Assembly (NCBI GenBank): GCA_949294185.1
Contig: CASFGA010000009.1
Coordinates: forward strand, 61,968-125,967
Length of the DNA: 64,000 nucleotides
From: an uncultured Bacteroides sp.
GTDB lineage: Bacteria > Bacteroidota > Bacteroidia > Bacteroidales > Bacteroidaceae
Direction of reading: 5' to 3'
Position numbers and translations under genes: made by a program. How positions within the stretch are numbered: position 1 is the first letter of the stretch; each line of letters opens with the position of its first letter. Under the pieces are notes generated by a model. It worked only from the letters and a program-made list of their open reading frames with translations, was not told where the DNA came from and searched no databases. Positions 19,062-28,982 of this stretch are shown here, piece after piece.

Positions 19062-20129
19062 ATGAGCATCATAGGCAGTACCGTACGCTTTCTGATACTG
19101 CTTGCCAACATTATCGTCGGGGCAGGCTTCCTGATATGCGCCTACAGCCCTTATGCCAACCCTATGGAATATCCGTTATGGGCATGCACAGGACTGCTGT
19201 TCCCCTTTTTTCTGCTCCTGAACTTCGTGTTCCTTCTGTTCTGGCTGATTCATAAATGGAAATATGCTTGGCTTCCGGCATTGATATTCCTCATCGGATG
19301 GGAGGCAACATGGAATTATATCCCGTTCAACCTGGGCAAGGATTCGGAAAGCAAGGAAAGCATAAAGATACTCACCTACAACATCTGGGAAATGAAAGGA
19401 GAGAAGGACGGGAATAAAGATGCGTCCGCTTCCATTACCGACTATATAAAGAATTGTGGCGCCGACATCGTCTGCCTGCAAGAATTCCCGACAAAGGATG
19501 CCAAGCTCCGAAAGAGCCTGTCGTCCGTCTATCCGTACATAAAGACCTACTCCATCTATCCGGGATACGGGATAGCCTGCCTGTCCAAATATCCCATCCT
19601 GTCTTCCGAACGGATTCATTACAAAAGCATCTATAATTGCAGCGCTCTTTTCAACATAAAGCAAAAAAAAGACACCCTTGCCGTAATCTGCAACCATCTG
19701 GAGACAAACCGACTGAACAAAGAAGACAAACAGAAATACAAAAGCATCCTGAAATCGCCCGACAAGCAGCAAATAGAAACAGGAAAGTACCTGCTATACA
19801 AATATGCGGAAGCCGCGAAGATTCGGGCCGTACAAGCAGACTCTGTCGCCCGGGCAATCCATCAGAATCAAGCCCGCTACCTGATTGTTTGCGGCGACCT
19901 GAACGATACTCCCATATCTTATACATACAGGGTGATAAGCGAAGGCTTGCAGGATGCCTATGCGGAAACAGGATTCGGGCCGGGCTTTTCCTATAACCGG
20001 AACCTTCTCTATTTCCGCATTGACCATATCATGGCAAACGATAACTTCAGGATAATCCAATGTAAAGTAGACCGTTCTATCCGTTTATCCGACCATTATC
20101 CGGTGTGGTGCCGGTTGGAAAAGAAATAA
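19062..20129 (+). CDS. Endonuclease/exonuclease/phosphatase family protein with N-terminal TMs
   Basis: LQE, CGDLND, RIDH and SDH motifs. Confidence 0.9.
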   Translation: MSIIGSTVRFLILLANIIVGAGFLICAYSPYANPMEYPLWACTGLLFPFFLLLNFVFLLFWLIHKWKYAWLPALIFLIGWEATWNYIPFNLGKDSESKESIKILTYNIWEMKGEKDGNKDASASITDYIKNCGADIVCLQEFPTKDAKLRKSLSSVYPYIKTYSIYPGYGIACLSKYPILSSERIHYKSIYNCSALFNIKQKKDTLAVICNHLETNRLNKEDKQKYKSILKSPDKQQIETGKYLLYKYAEAAKIRAVQADSVARAIHQNQARYLIVCGDLNDTPISYTYRVISEGLQDAYAETGFGPGFSYNRNLLYFRIDHIMANDNFRIIQCKVDRSIRLSDHYPVWCRLEKK

Positions 20130-20268
20130 AAACCACTCCATAACACATTTTTTACCGTCCAAAACCTAAATATTCAGAAAGCTTTCCGCATGTAAATGAA
20201 AAAAAAACTATATTTGCAACCTTGAATAAACGTATTTAATCAAAAAATAAATAATAAATTAAAGTAAC

Positions 20269-23253
20269 ATGCAAAACAAAGGATTCGTAAAAGTTTTTGC
20301 GATATTACTGACCATTGCTTGTGTATTCTATCTTTCGTTCTCTTTCGTCACCCGCTATCACATGAACAAGGCGGAGAAAGACCCGGAAGGTGTGGCACAC
20401 TATCTGGACTCCATGCAGAACGAAAAAGTATGGTTAGGTGTATATTCGCTCAAACAATGTCGTGAGATGGAGATTGGACTGGGACTTGACCTGAAAGGCG
20501 GTATGAACGTCATTTTGGAAGTTTCCGTTCCGGATGTAGTAAAGGCTTTGGCAGACAACAAGCCCGACGAAGCTTTCAACAAGGCAGTCAACGAAGCCGC
20601 CAAACTACAGAAATCAAGTCAGGAAGACTTCATCACACTGTTCGTCAGAGAGTATAAAAAACAGGTTCCGGACGGTAAATTGGCAGAACTTTTCGCGACA
20701 CAACAGCTGAAAGACCGCGTGAATACCCGCAGTACAGACGCTGAAGTGGAAAGAGTGTTAAGAGAAGAAGTCAAAGCTGCCGTGGACAATTCATATAATG
20801 TGTTACGTACCCGTATCGACCGCTTCGGCGTGGTACAGCCGAATATCCAGACTTTAGAAGGGACAATGGGGCGCATTATGGTGGAATTACCGGGTATAAA
20901 GGAACCTGAACGTGTAAGAAAACTGTTGCAGGGTTCGGCAAACCTCGAATTTTGGGAGACATTCGAAGCGAAAGATGTGCTTCCCATTTTGATGTTGATA
21001 GACGGACATGTGCGTTCAGCAATGGCTTCCGATTCTACTGCGGTAAAAGAAACTTTGGCTGAAGCACCCGCCATCTCGGCCAAGGACAGTCTGACTGCAG
21101 CCTTGAAAGGGGAAACCGCTGATGCAACCCAAGCAACCTCAAGCGATACCAAGAACTATCCGTTCTCTTCCATATTCGCAATGAACCAAAGCGGCATGGG
21201 TTCCATCGTAGGATATGCAGATTATAAGGATACAGCTACAATAAACCGGATTTTGGCTATGCCTGAAGTCAAGAAGATACTGCCTCGCGACCTGAAGTTG
21301 ATGTGGGGAGTCAAAGCTTCTGAATTGGACAAAACCGGTCGGATGTTCGAGCTTTATGCCATTAAGTCGACTGCACGCAACGGACGCGCTCCGTTGGAAG
21401 GCGATGTTGTGACAGATGCAAGAAACTCTTATGACCAGTTCAACAGACCGTGTGTAACAATGCAAATGAACACGGAAGGGGCACGCCGCTGGGCTACGCT
21501 TACCAAGAACAATGTAGGTCATCAGATTGCAATCGTATTGGATGGCTATGTATATACTGCTCCGAACGTGAACGGCGAAATTACTGGAGGTAATTCAGAG
21601 ATTTCAGGAAACTTCACGCCGGAAGAAACAAAAGACTTGGCCAATGTGCTTAAGTCTGGAAAAATGCCTGCCCCCGCAAGAATCGTACAGGAAGACATTG
21701 TCGGTCCGTCATTAGGACAGGAGTCAATCAATCAAGGTATAGTTTCATTCATCGTTGCCTTGATAGCTCTGATGCTTTACCTATGCTCAATGTACGGATT
21801 TATCCCAGGTATGATTGCCAACGGAGCACTGGTATTCAACTTCTTCTTCACGATGGGAATCCTTACTTCGTTCCAAGCTGCCTTGACAATGTCCGGTATT
21901 GCCGGTATGGTGCTCTCATTAGGTATGGCTGTGGATGCGAACGTATTGATTTATGAACGTACAAAAGAAGAGCTTAAAGCCGGGAAAGGCATGAAGCAGG
22001 CTGTAGCCGAAGGTTACTCAAATGCATTCTCTGCCATCTTCGACTCTAACTTTACCTCTATCATCACAGGTGTTATCTTGTTTTACTTCGGTACAGGGCC
22101 TATCCGCGGATTTGCAACGACACTTATCATCGGTATCCTCTGCTCATTCTTTACCGCCGTATTCATGACGCGCCTGGTTTATGACCACTTCTTGAACAAG
22201 GACAAATGGCAGAATTTAACGTTTACCACAAACATTTCCAAGAATCTGTTCCAGAATGTGCACTATAATTTCATGGGAACGATCAAGCGTTCGTTCACCA
22301 TTTGGGGCACCATCCTGGCGGTTTGCATCATCTCTTTCTTCGTTCGTGGCCTGTCACAAAGCATTGACTTCACGGGCGGACGCAACTTTGTCGTACAGTT
22401 CGACCAGGTTGTGCAACCGGAGACCGTGCGCGAGCTGCTTGACGACAAAGTGGGCGATGCCAATATTCAGGCCATTGCATTAGGTACTGACGGAAAGAAA
22501 ATCCGTGTAACGACCAACTATCGCATAGAAGAAGATTCTCCGGAAGTGGATACGGAAATAGAAGCCCTGCTGTATGACGCTCTGAAGGAAGGCAACCTGC
22601 TGGATCCAAATACCACACTGGAGAAGTTCATTGACCGCGACAACCAGGTAGGCGGCTCAATCATCAGTTCACAGAAGGTAGGGCCGAGTATCGCAGACGA
22701 TATCAAGACTTCAGCTATATGGTCTGTCATTTTGGCCTTGATTGCCATCGGTCTGTATATCTTGATGCGGTTCAACAACATCGCATTCAGTATCGGAGCC
22801 ACTGCAGCACTAACTGTCGACACCTTGCTGATTATAGGCGCATACTCACTCTGCTACGGATGGATGCCGTTCTCTCTGGAGATTGACCAGACATTCATCG
22901 GAGCCATCCTGACGGCAATCGGTTACTCCATCAACGATAAGGTGGTTATCTTCGACCGTGTACGTGAGTTCATCCATCTGTATCCGAAGCGCGGACGCAC
23001 AAGACTGTTCAACGACTCTTTGAATACGACACTGGCACGTACATTAAACACCGGTCAGAGTACGCTTATCGTCTTGATCTGTATCTTCATTCTGGGTGGA
23101 GACAGTATCCGGAGCTTCTCTTTCGCCATGATTCTCGGTGTAGTTGTCGGAACATTCTCTTCTTTGTTTGTAGCTGCTCCGATTGCTTACCTGATGCTGA
23201 AGAACAAATTGCCGAAAGACGAACCGCAGCAAGTGGAGGAAGTGAAAGCATAA
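20269..23253 (+). CDS. secDF: Fused protein translocase subunit SecDF
   Basis: LGLDLKGG, VGPSLG, GMAVDANV, GIDFTGG-like and GYSIND motifs; -7 box TATATTTG at 20209-20216. Confidence 0.97.
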   Translation: MQNKGFVKVFAILLTIACVFYLSFSFVTRYHMNKAEKDPEGVAHYLDSMQNEKVWLGVYSLKQCREMEIGLGLDLKGGMNVILEVSVPDVVKALADNKPDEAFNKAVNEAAKLQKSSQEDFITLFVREYKKQVPDGKLAELFATQQLKDRVNTRSTDAEVERVLREEVKAAVDNSYNVLRTRIDRFGVVQPNIQTLEGTMGRIMVELPGIKEPERVRKLLQGSANLEFWETFEAKDVLPILMLIDGHVRSAMASDSTAVKETLAEAPAISAKDSLTAALKGETADATQATSSDTKNYPFSSIFAMNQSGMGSIVGYADYKDTATINRILAMPEVKKILPRDLKLMWGVKASELDKTGRMFELYAIKSTARNGRAPLEGDVVTDARNSYDQFNRPCVTMQMNTEGARRWATLTKNNVGHQIAIVLDGYVYTAPNVNGEITGGNSEISGNFTPEETKDLANVLKSGKMPAPARIVQEDIVGPSLGQESINQGIVSFIVALIALMLYLCSMYGFIPGMIANGALVFNFFFTMGILTSFQAALTMSGIAGMVLSLGMAVDANVLIYERTKEELKAGKGMKQAVAEGYSNAFSAIFDSNFTSIITGVILFYFGTGPIRGFATTLIIGILCSFFTAVFMTRLVYDHFLNKDKWQNLTFTTNISKNLFQNVHYNFMGTIKRSFTIWGTILAVCIISFFVRGLSQSIDFTGGRNFVVQFDQVVQPETVRELLDDKVGDANIQAIALGTDGKKIRVTTNYRIEEDSPEVDTEIEALLYDALKEGNLLDPNTTLEKFIDRDNQVGGSIISSQKVGPSIADDIKTSAIWSVILALIAIGLYILMRFNNIAFSIGATAALTVDTLLIIGAYSLCYGWMPFSLEIDQTFIGAILTAIGYSINDKVVIFDRVREFIHLYPKRGRTRLFNDSLNTTLARTLNTGQSTLIVLICIFILGGDSIRSFSFAMILGVVVGTFSSLFVAAPIAYLMLKNKLPKDEPQQVEEVKA

Positions 23254-23307
23254 TCAAAGGGATAAGATAAAGAAGACGGCTTGAAAAACAGTTGTCACAA
23301 AGGTTGG

Positions 23308-23366
23308 GGCACGGATTACAAGGAATATACGGTCGTTTGACACCGGACAATCCTGTAATCCGTGCC
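23308..23366. repeat. Intergenic palindromic element, copy 1
   Basis: GGCACGGATTACA-(33 nt)-TGTAATCCGTGCC; same arms at 55774-55833. Confidence 0.8.
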
Positions 23367-23395
23367 TCCTTTATATAAAATCAAAAGGTGAATCC

Positions 23396-24100
23396 ATGTC
23401 CACCAAAAGAATCATACCGGACGAAGACTTCGGAAGAATTATCCTGCGCACCCGGCGCGGAGCACGGAATGTGACCATGTGTGTAAAGCCGGACGGACTG
23501 TATCTCACCGTTCCGCCGCGGAGCAAGACGGATGCCGTATTGGACATCCTGCGCCCATACCGGGGAAAACTCATCGAACAATACCGTCAAATCAAGCCCC
23601 GGCTGATAGATCTGGATTTCCGGATTCAGGCAGAATGCTTCCATCTCTCCCTTGCAACCGGCACGATGAAGCACTTTACCGTTCGCTGCGACGAAGAAAA
23701 AATGGTCATATACTGCCCGCCCGATACCGATTTCACGCGTGCAGAAGTGCAGAAGCTGCTTCGCAACGCCATTCTCCGCGCCTTGAAAAAAGCGGCTCAA
23801 AACTATCTGCCCCCACTGCTGAGCGTATGGGCGGAACGCTTCGGACTGACCTACCGGAAAGTCCGCATTACGGGCGCACATTCGCGATGGGGAAGCTGTT
23901 CGGCGGCAGGCACCATCAGCCTGTCTTGCTACCTGATGCTCGTGCCCGCACATTTGATGGATTATGTTATGCTTCACGAACTGGCGCATACACGGGAGAT
24001 GAACCACGGCCCGCGCTTTTGGGAACTGCTCAACGGCCTGACCGGAGGACTGGCTTTGCAGCTGCGTGCAGAATTGCGCAAGTTCCGTCCCGCATTCTGA
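23396..24100 (+). CDS. YgjP/DUF45 (SprT-like) zinc metalloprotease
   Basis: SRWGSCS and HELAH...HGPRFW motifs. Confidence 0.9.
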   Translation: MSTKRIIPDEDFGRIILRTRRGARNVTMCVKPDGLYLTVPPRSKTDAVLDILRPYRGKLIEQYRQIKPRLIDLDFRIQAECFHLSLATGTMKHFTVRCDEEKMVIYCPPDTDFTRAEVQKLLRNAILRALKKAAQNYLPPLLSVWAERFGLTYRKVRITGAHSRWGSCSAAGTISLSCYLMLVPAHLMDYVMLHELAHTREMNHGPRFWELLNGLTGGLALQLRAELRKFRPAF

Positions 24101-24274
24101 CCCTTCTTCATTTCCTTTTCATCCAGACAAAAATCCCTTTTGTCCCTATCAAGACTTAGGCCTGCCCAATATCTTTTTTCGCTTTCTCCGCCCATCCACA
24201 GCAATGACGTCCACTCCACTCAAGGCTGCCGTCCTAAAAACAACCATTCAGAAGAACAAACCGCTCAAAAAAGA

Positions 24275-24317
24275 CCGTCGGCCGTGAAATATCTGAAGTC
24301 CATTTCACGGCCGACGG
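24275..24317. terminator. Hairpin between convergent genes
   Basis: CCGTCGGCCGTGAAAT ... ATTTCACGGCCGACGG, 16-bp stem. Confidence 0.7.
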
Positions 24318-24342
24318 CCATTGATAAATCGGGGTTTCCCGA

Positions 24343-24666
24343 TCAAATCTGTCCATATTCGTGCTTCCGCCTGGGATTCATAGGAAACCATCCTTTCAGC
24401 ACACGCTTCCGCTGATCGAACAGCTCCTTGATAGTCCAGAAAGACGAGAATGAAAATACACCCAACAGGGAGGAAAGCAAAATATCACCGACCGCTATCG
24501 AACCGATGATGCCTGCAAAGCCCAACAACAGAAATAACCACCAGCAACGCGTCCCCCAATAATACTCGGCCTTCACCACTACGGGGTGAAACAATCCGAT
24601 GATGAGAAACGTACAGACCCCGATGACAATCCCCTCCATGCGGCAGGCAGCAATCCATTCCATCAT
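24343..24666 (-). CDS. DUF4491 family membrane protein
   Basis: IGLFHPVVVKAEYY and KGWFPMNP motifs. Confidence 0.8.
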   Translation of the reverse strand: MMEWIAACRMEGIVIGVCTFLIIGLFHPVVVKAEYYWGTRCWWLFLLLGFAGIIGSIAVGDILLSSLLGVFSFSSFWTIKELFDQRKRVLKGWFPMNPRRKHEYGQI

Positions 24667-25133
24667 TCTCCCGCCTCTCTCCGGATAGGTATTTCCTTCT
24701 TGATGCTCTGCTCCAGCGAAATCAAGGTCTCGGTGGCCGTAACGCCAGGTATTTCCTGAATCCGCGAATTGAGCAGCTCCATCAGGTGTTCGTTATCTGT
24801 ACAATATAGTTTGGTCAGCATGGTATACGGCCCCGTAGTAAAGTGACATTCCACAATCTCAGGAATCTTTTTCAATTCTGCTACTACACTCTTGTACATC
24901 GAACCTTTCTCAAGTTTGATTCCTACATAAGTACACGTGCTGTATCCCAGACTCTTCGGGTTCACATGATAGCCTGAACCGATAATAACTCCCAAGTCAA
25001 TGAGACGCTGAACGCGCTGATGGATAGCCGCGCGAGAAACTCCACACTCTGCCGCCACATCCTTAAACGGAATACGAGCATTCTGGGAAATGATTTCCAG
25101 TATCTGCCTGTCAAGCTTGTCTATCTTTTCCAT
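24663..25133 (-). CDS. Lrp/AsnC family transcriptional regulator
   Basis: MEKIDKLDRQIL...NARIPF HTH and VECHFTTG RAM domain. Confidence 0.93.
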   Translation of the reverse strand: MEKIDKLDRQILEIISQNARIPFKDVAAECGVSRAAIHQRVQRLIDLGVIIGSGYHVNPKSLGYSTCTYVGIKLEKGSMYKSVVAELKKIPEIVECHFTTGPYTMLTKLYCTDNEHLMELLNSRIQEIPGVTATETLISLEQSIKKEIPIRREAGE

Positions 25134-25446
25134 ATTTTTCTTATTATATCATTTTGTAAGCAAATGTAGAAAAACTTTTTTATTCCTCTGACTTTTTCCC
25201 TTAAAAAACATGCTTTTTTATGAAATTTGCCATGCAGCAAAAATTTCCTGCTGCCATCTTTCGTGCCGGACTATGGCAAACAGACCGCATGACACGGCCA
25301 AACTTTATCATTAAAGGATCATACCGGCGGCATGACAGCACCAAAAAAGGCGTTTACCATGAAAACAATTTGGTTAAATATGAAAAACATGCACAACCGC
25401 AACAATCAAATACGTATATTTGCGAAATCAAAAAAATGAAAAGACT

Positions 25447-25980
25447 ATGCATCCGTTAGAATTATTCAGATATTGTCCGAAATGCGGCTCGTCGCGCTTC
25501 GAAATCCACAATGGGAAATCAAAGAAATGTGCCGACTGTGGATTTACTTACTACTTCAACTCCAGTGCCGCCACGGTGGCCTTCATCTTAAACCACCGGA
25601 ATGAACTGCTAGTGTGCCGCCGGGGAAAAGAACCTGCCAAGGGGACACTCGACCTTTCCGGAGGATTCATCGACATGTATGAAACGGGCGAAGAGGGTGT
25701 CGCCCGCGAAGTAAAAGAAGAAACGGGACTGACGGTAACGGAGGCTAAATATTTGTTCTCACTCCCCAACCGGTATCTGTATTCGGGTTTTCTCGTGCAT
25801 ACGCTCGACCAGTTCTTTTTATGCAAAGTGTCTGACGACAGCAAACTGAAGGCGATGGACGATGTGGCCGAATCTTTCTGGCTGCCGCTTGACAAGGTTA
25901 ATCCCGAAGAATTCGGTTTGGAATCTGTCCGAAAAGGAATATCATTCTTTCTGGAAGCATATAAACAGCATAGAATATGA
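25447..25980 (+). CDS. NUDIX hydrolase with an N-terminal zinc ribbon
   Basis: CPKCG...CADCG plus Nudix box GGFIDMYETGEEGVAREVKEETG. Confidence 0.92.
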   Translation: MHPLELFRYCPKCGSSRFEIHNGKSKKCADCGFTYYFNSSAATVAFILNHRNELLVCRRGKEPAKGTLDLSGGFIDMYETGEEGVAREVKEETGLTVTEAKYLFSLPNRYLYSGFLVHTLDQFFLCKVSDDSKLKAMDDVAESFWLPLDKVNPEEFGLESVRKGISFFLEAYKQHRI

Positions 25981-28900
25981 AAAGCAAGAAATATCTGTGG
26001 ATAGGATGGCTGTGCATCGCCCCGTTGTCTCTCGCAGCCCAACAGACTGAACCGCTGACCGAAACCACACGGCTATATGATGAAGGGAAACTGTTGTTTC
26101 AGCGTAAAGACTATGCGGCCGCGTGCCAGACCTTGTCGCAATATGTCAAACAGGAAGGACAACCGGAGCTGATGGACGAAGCGGCATATATGCTGGCATG
26201 TTCCGCCTACGAACTAAAAATGCCAGACTGCATACATACGCTGGAAACTTACCTGGAGAACCATCCGGAATCACGTTATGCCAATCGCATACAGTCGCTG
26301 ATTGCCTCGTCTTATTTCTTCAACAAAAAATATTTGGAAGCGATAGCCTGCTTCAAGACATGCGACCTCGAACAGCTTAGCAACGAAGAACGAGACGACT
26401 GCACCCTGCGGATGGCTACAGCATACCTGAGGATAAACAATCTGAAAGAGGCCGCCTTCTGGTTTGCCGTGCTGAAAGAGGTCAGTCCGGCCTATCGGGA
26501 CGATGCCGTCTATCATCTGGCATACATCGATTATACAGAGCAACTATATGACAAGGCCCTGCAAGGCTTCCGCCTGATAGAGCAAAACGAGCCTTATCAA
26601 AGATTCGCCCCTTATTACATGGCAGACATTTATCTGACTAAAGGAGATTATAAGGCCGCACTCCGGACAGCCGACGCTTACCTCGCCACTTACCCGGACG
26701 AAAGCCGTGCAACAGAGATGCGGCGCATTGCAGGCGAATCGGCTTATGGCTTGAACGACTACACTTCGGCCATCAAAACGTTGGAAGCGTATAAAGGCGC
26801 AGCCGAACATCCCGCACGAAACGCCATGTACAAGCTTGGCATGAGCTACTTTCACACCCAAGTATATTCGGAAGCCGCTGCCTGTCTGGGACAGACCGTC
26901 GGAGAAAAAGATGCCTTGACCCAGAATGCCTATCTCCACATGGGATTGTCTTACCTGCAACTGAAGGAAAGAAACCTCGCCCGTATGGCATTCGAACAGG
27001 CTTCTGCAAGCGACTTCGACCGCAGCATAAAGGAACAGGCTCTTTATAACTATGCTCTCTGCATTCACGAAACGTCATATTCCCCTTTTGCCGAATCGGT
27101 AACCGTTTTCGAACGTTTCCTCAACGAGTTTCCCAACTCTCCTTATGCCGATAAGGTAAATGATTATCTGATAGAGGTCTATCTGAACACACGCAGCTAC
27201 ATGGCGGCATTGCGCTCCATTGACAAGATAAGCCAGCCCGGGCCGCGGATTCTGGAAGCCAAGCAGAAGCTGTTGTTCAGGTTGGGTACGCAAGCTTTCG
27301 CACAGGGAGCTTTTGAAAATGCCGCCGACTACTTTACCCGCTCGCTCCGGTTGGGGCAATACAACCAACAGACCAAGGCCGATGCCTTTTATTGGAGGGG
27401 AGAATCCAAATACCGCATGGGGCAATATCAGCAGGCTGCCAATGACTTGCAGCTATATCTGGAGTTTGCCACAGACAAGAACACGCAAGAATACGGACTG
27501 GCCCTGTACAATCTGGGATATACCGCCTTCAAACAGAAGCAATACACGCGCGCACTGACATGGTTCACCCGCTGCGCGGAATCGGGCAAGGTCAAAGACA
27601 CTGCGGTCATGGCGGATACCCACAACCGGATAGGGGACTGCTACTTTTATGAACGGCGGTTTGACGAAGCGCGTGCCCAATACGCACAGGCTACATCCGT
27701 CAATCCTGCCTTAGGAGACTATTCTCTCTTTCAAGAAGGCTTTGTAAAAGGACTGCAGCGCGACTATACCGGAAAAATCCAGACGCTGAACCGCCTGCTG
27801 ACCGACTATCCGGAGTCGCAATACATTGATGACGCACTGTATGAACAAGGCCGGGCTTTCGTACAGATGGAAGACAACGACAATGCCATCAGGCGCTACA
27901 CGCTGCTGGTACAGCGATATCCGGAGAGTTACCTGTCACGCAGAGCCGCCAATGAAATCGGACTGCTTTATTATCAGAACGACAACTACGAAAAGGCCAT
28001 TGCAGCCTACAAGGAGGTCATAAGCAAATATCCGGGAAGCGAGGAAGCCCGCTTAGCCCAACGCGACTTAAAGTCGATTTATATCGACTTGAACCGGGTG
28101 GATGACTATATGGCTTTCGCCTCTTCACTGCCGGGAGGAACGAACTTTGATGTAAACGAACGCGACTCGCTTACTTATGTGGCTGCCGAACGGGTATATA
28201 TGCGGGGCAATATCGCCGAAGCAAAAAGCAGCTTCATCCGATACCTGCAGTCGTTCCCTCAGGGAGCATTCAGCGTAAATGCTTCTTATTATTTAGGACT
28301 GATAGCCTATAATGAAAAAGATTATGGCAATGCCGTGGCATATCTGGACAAAGTCATCGAATATCCGGACAGCAAATTCTCTGTTGAGGCGATGGCAATG
28401 TGTGCAGACATAGCCTACAATGCCGATGACTACGAGAAAGCCCTGGCTTTATACAAACGAATGGCCGACAGAGCCACTTCACAAGAAGAACGGCTTCAGG
28501 CAGAAACCGGAGCATTGCGCAGTGCACACCAACTGAACAACGCAGAAGAAGTCATTGCTGCCGCATCCGCCTTGCTTGCACAAAGCAAACTGACGCCCGA
28601 ACTTGAGAATGAAGCCCGCCATTACCGGGCACAAGCCTTGACGGATTCGGGAAAACAGCAGGAAGCACAGGCCGATCTGGAGGTCTTGGCCAAGGATACA
28701 CGGAACATTTACGGAGCCGAAGCCAAATACCGCATCGCACAAATTTACTTCGACAACGGAGAAACGGAAAAGGCCGAACAGGAAATACTGGAATACATTG
28801 AGGTAAGCACGCCTCATGCCTACTGGCTTGCACGCAGCTTTGTCTTGCTATCGGACATTTATGTCAAATTAGGACGGAATCTTGACGCCAAGCAATATCT

Positions 28901-28982
28901 GCTGTCCCTGCAACAAAATTATCAGGCAAACGACGATATTGAACAAATGATAGAAAGCCGTCTGAAAAAACTGGAACAATGA
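25977..28982 (+). CDS. Large exported TPR protein
   Basis: Signal peptide and continuous TPR repeats over ~1000 aa. Confidence 0.88.
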   Translation: MKSKKYLWIGWLCIAPLSLAAQQTEPLTETTRLYDEGKLLFQRKDYAAACQTLSQYVKQEGQPELMDEAAYMLACSAYELKMPDCIHTLETYLENHPESRYANRIQSLIASSYFFNKKYLEAIACFKTCDLEQLSNEERDDCTLRMATAYLRINNLKEAAFWFAVLKEVSPAYRDDAVYHLAYIDYTEQLYDKALQGFRLIEQNEPYQRFAPYYMADIYLTKGDYKAALRTADAYLATYPDESRATEMRRIAGESAYGLNDYTSAIKTLEAYKGAAEHPARNAMYKLGMSYFHTQVYSEAAACLGQTVGEKDALTQNAYLHMGLSYLQLKERNLARMAFEQASASDFDRSIKEQALYNYALCIHETSYSPFAESVTVFERFLNEFPNSPYADKVNDYLIEVYLNTRSYMAALRSIDKISQPGPRILEAKQKLLFRLGTQAFAQGAFENAADYFTRSLRLGQYNQQTKADAFYWRGESKYRMGQYQQAANDLQLYLEFATDKNTQEYGLALYNLGYTAFKQKQYTRALTWFTRCAESGKVKDTAVMADTHNRIGDCYFYERRFDEARAQYAQATSVNPALGDYSLFQEGFVKGLQRDYTGKIQTLNRLLTDYPESQYIDDALYEQGRAFVQMEDNDNAIRRYTLLVQRYPESYLSRRAANEIGLLYYQNDNYEKAIAAYKEVISKYPGSEEARLAQRDLKSIYIDLNRVDDYMAFASSLPGGTNFDVNERDSLTYVAAERVYMRGNIAEAKSSFIRYLQSFPQGAFSVNASYYLGLIAYNEKDYGNAVAYLDKVIEYPDSKFSVEAMAMCADIAYNADDYEKALALYKRMADRATSQEERLQAETGALRSAHQLNNAEEVIAAASALLAQSKLTPELENEARHYRAQALTDSGKQQEAQADLEVLAKDTRNIYGAEAKYRIAQIYFDNGETEKAEQEILEYIEVSTPHAYWLARSFVLLSDIYVKLGRNLDAKQYLLSLQQNYQANDDIEQMIESRLKKLEQ

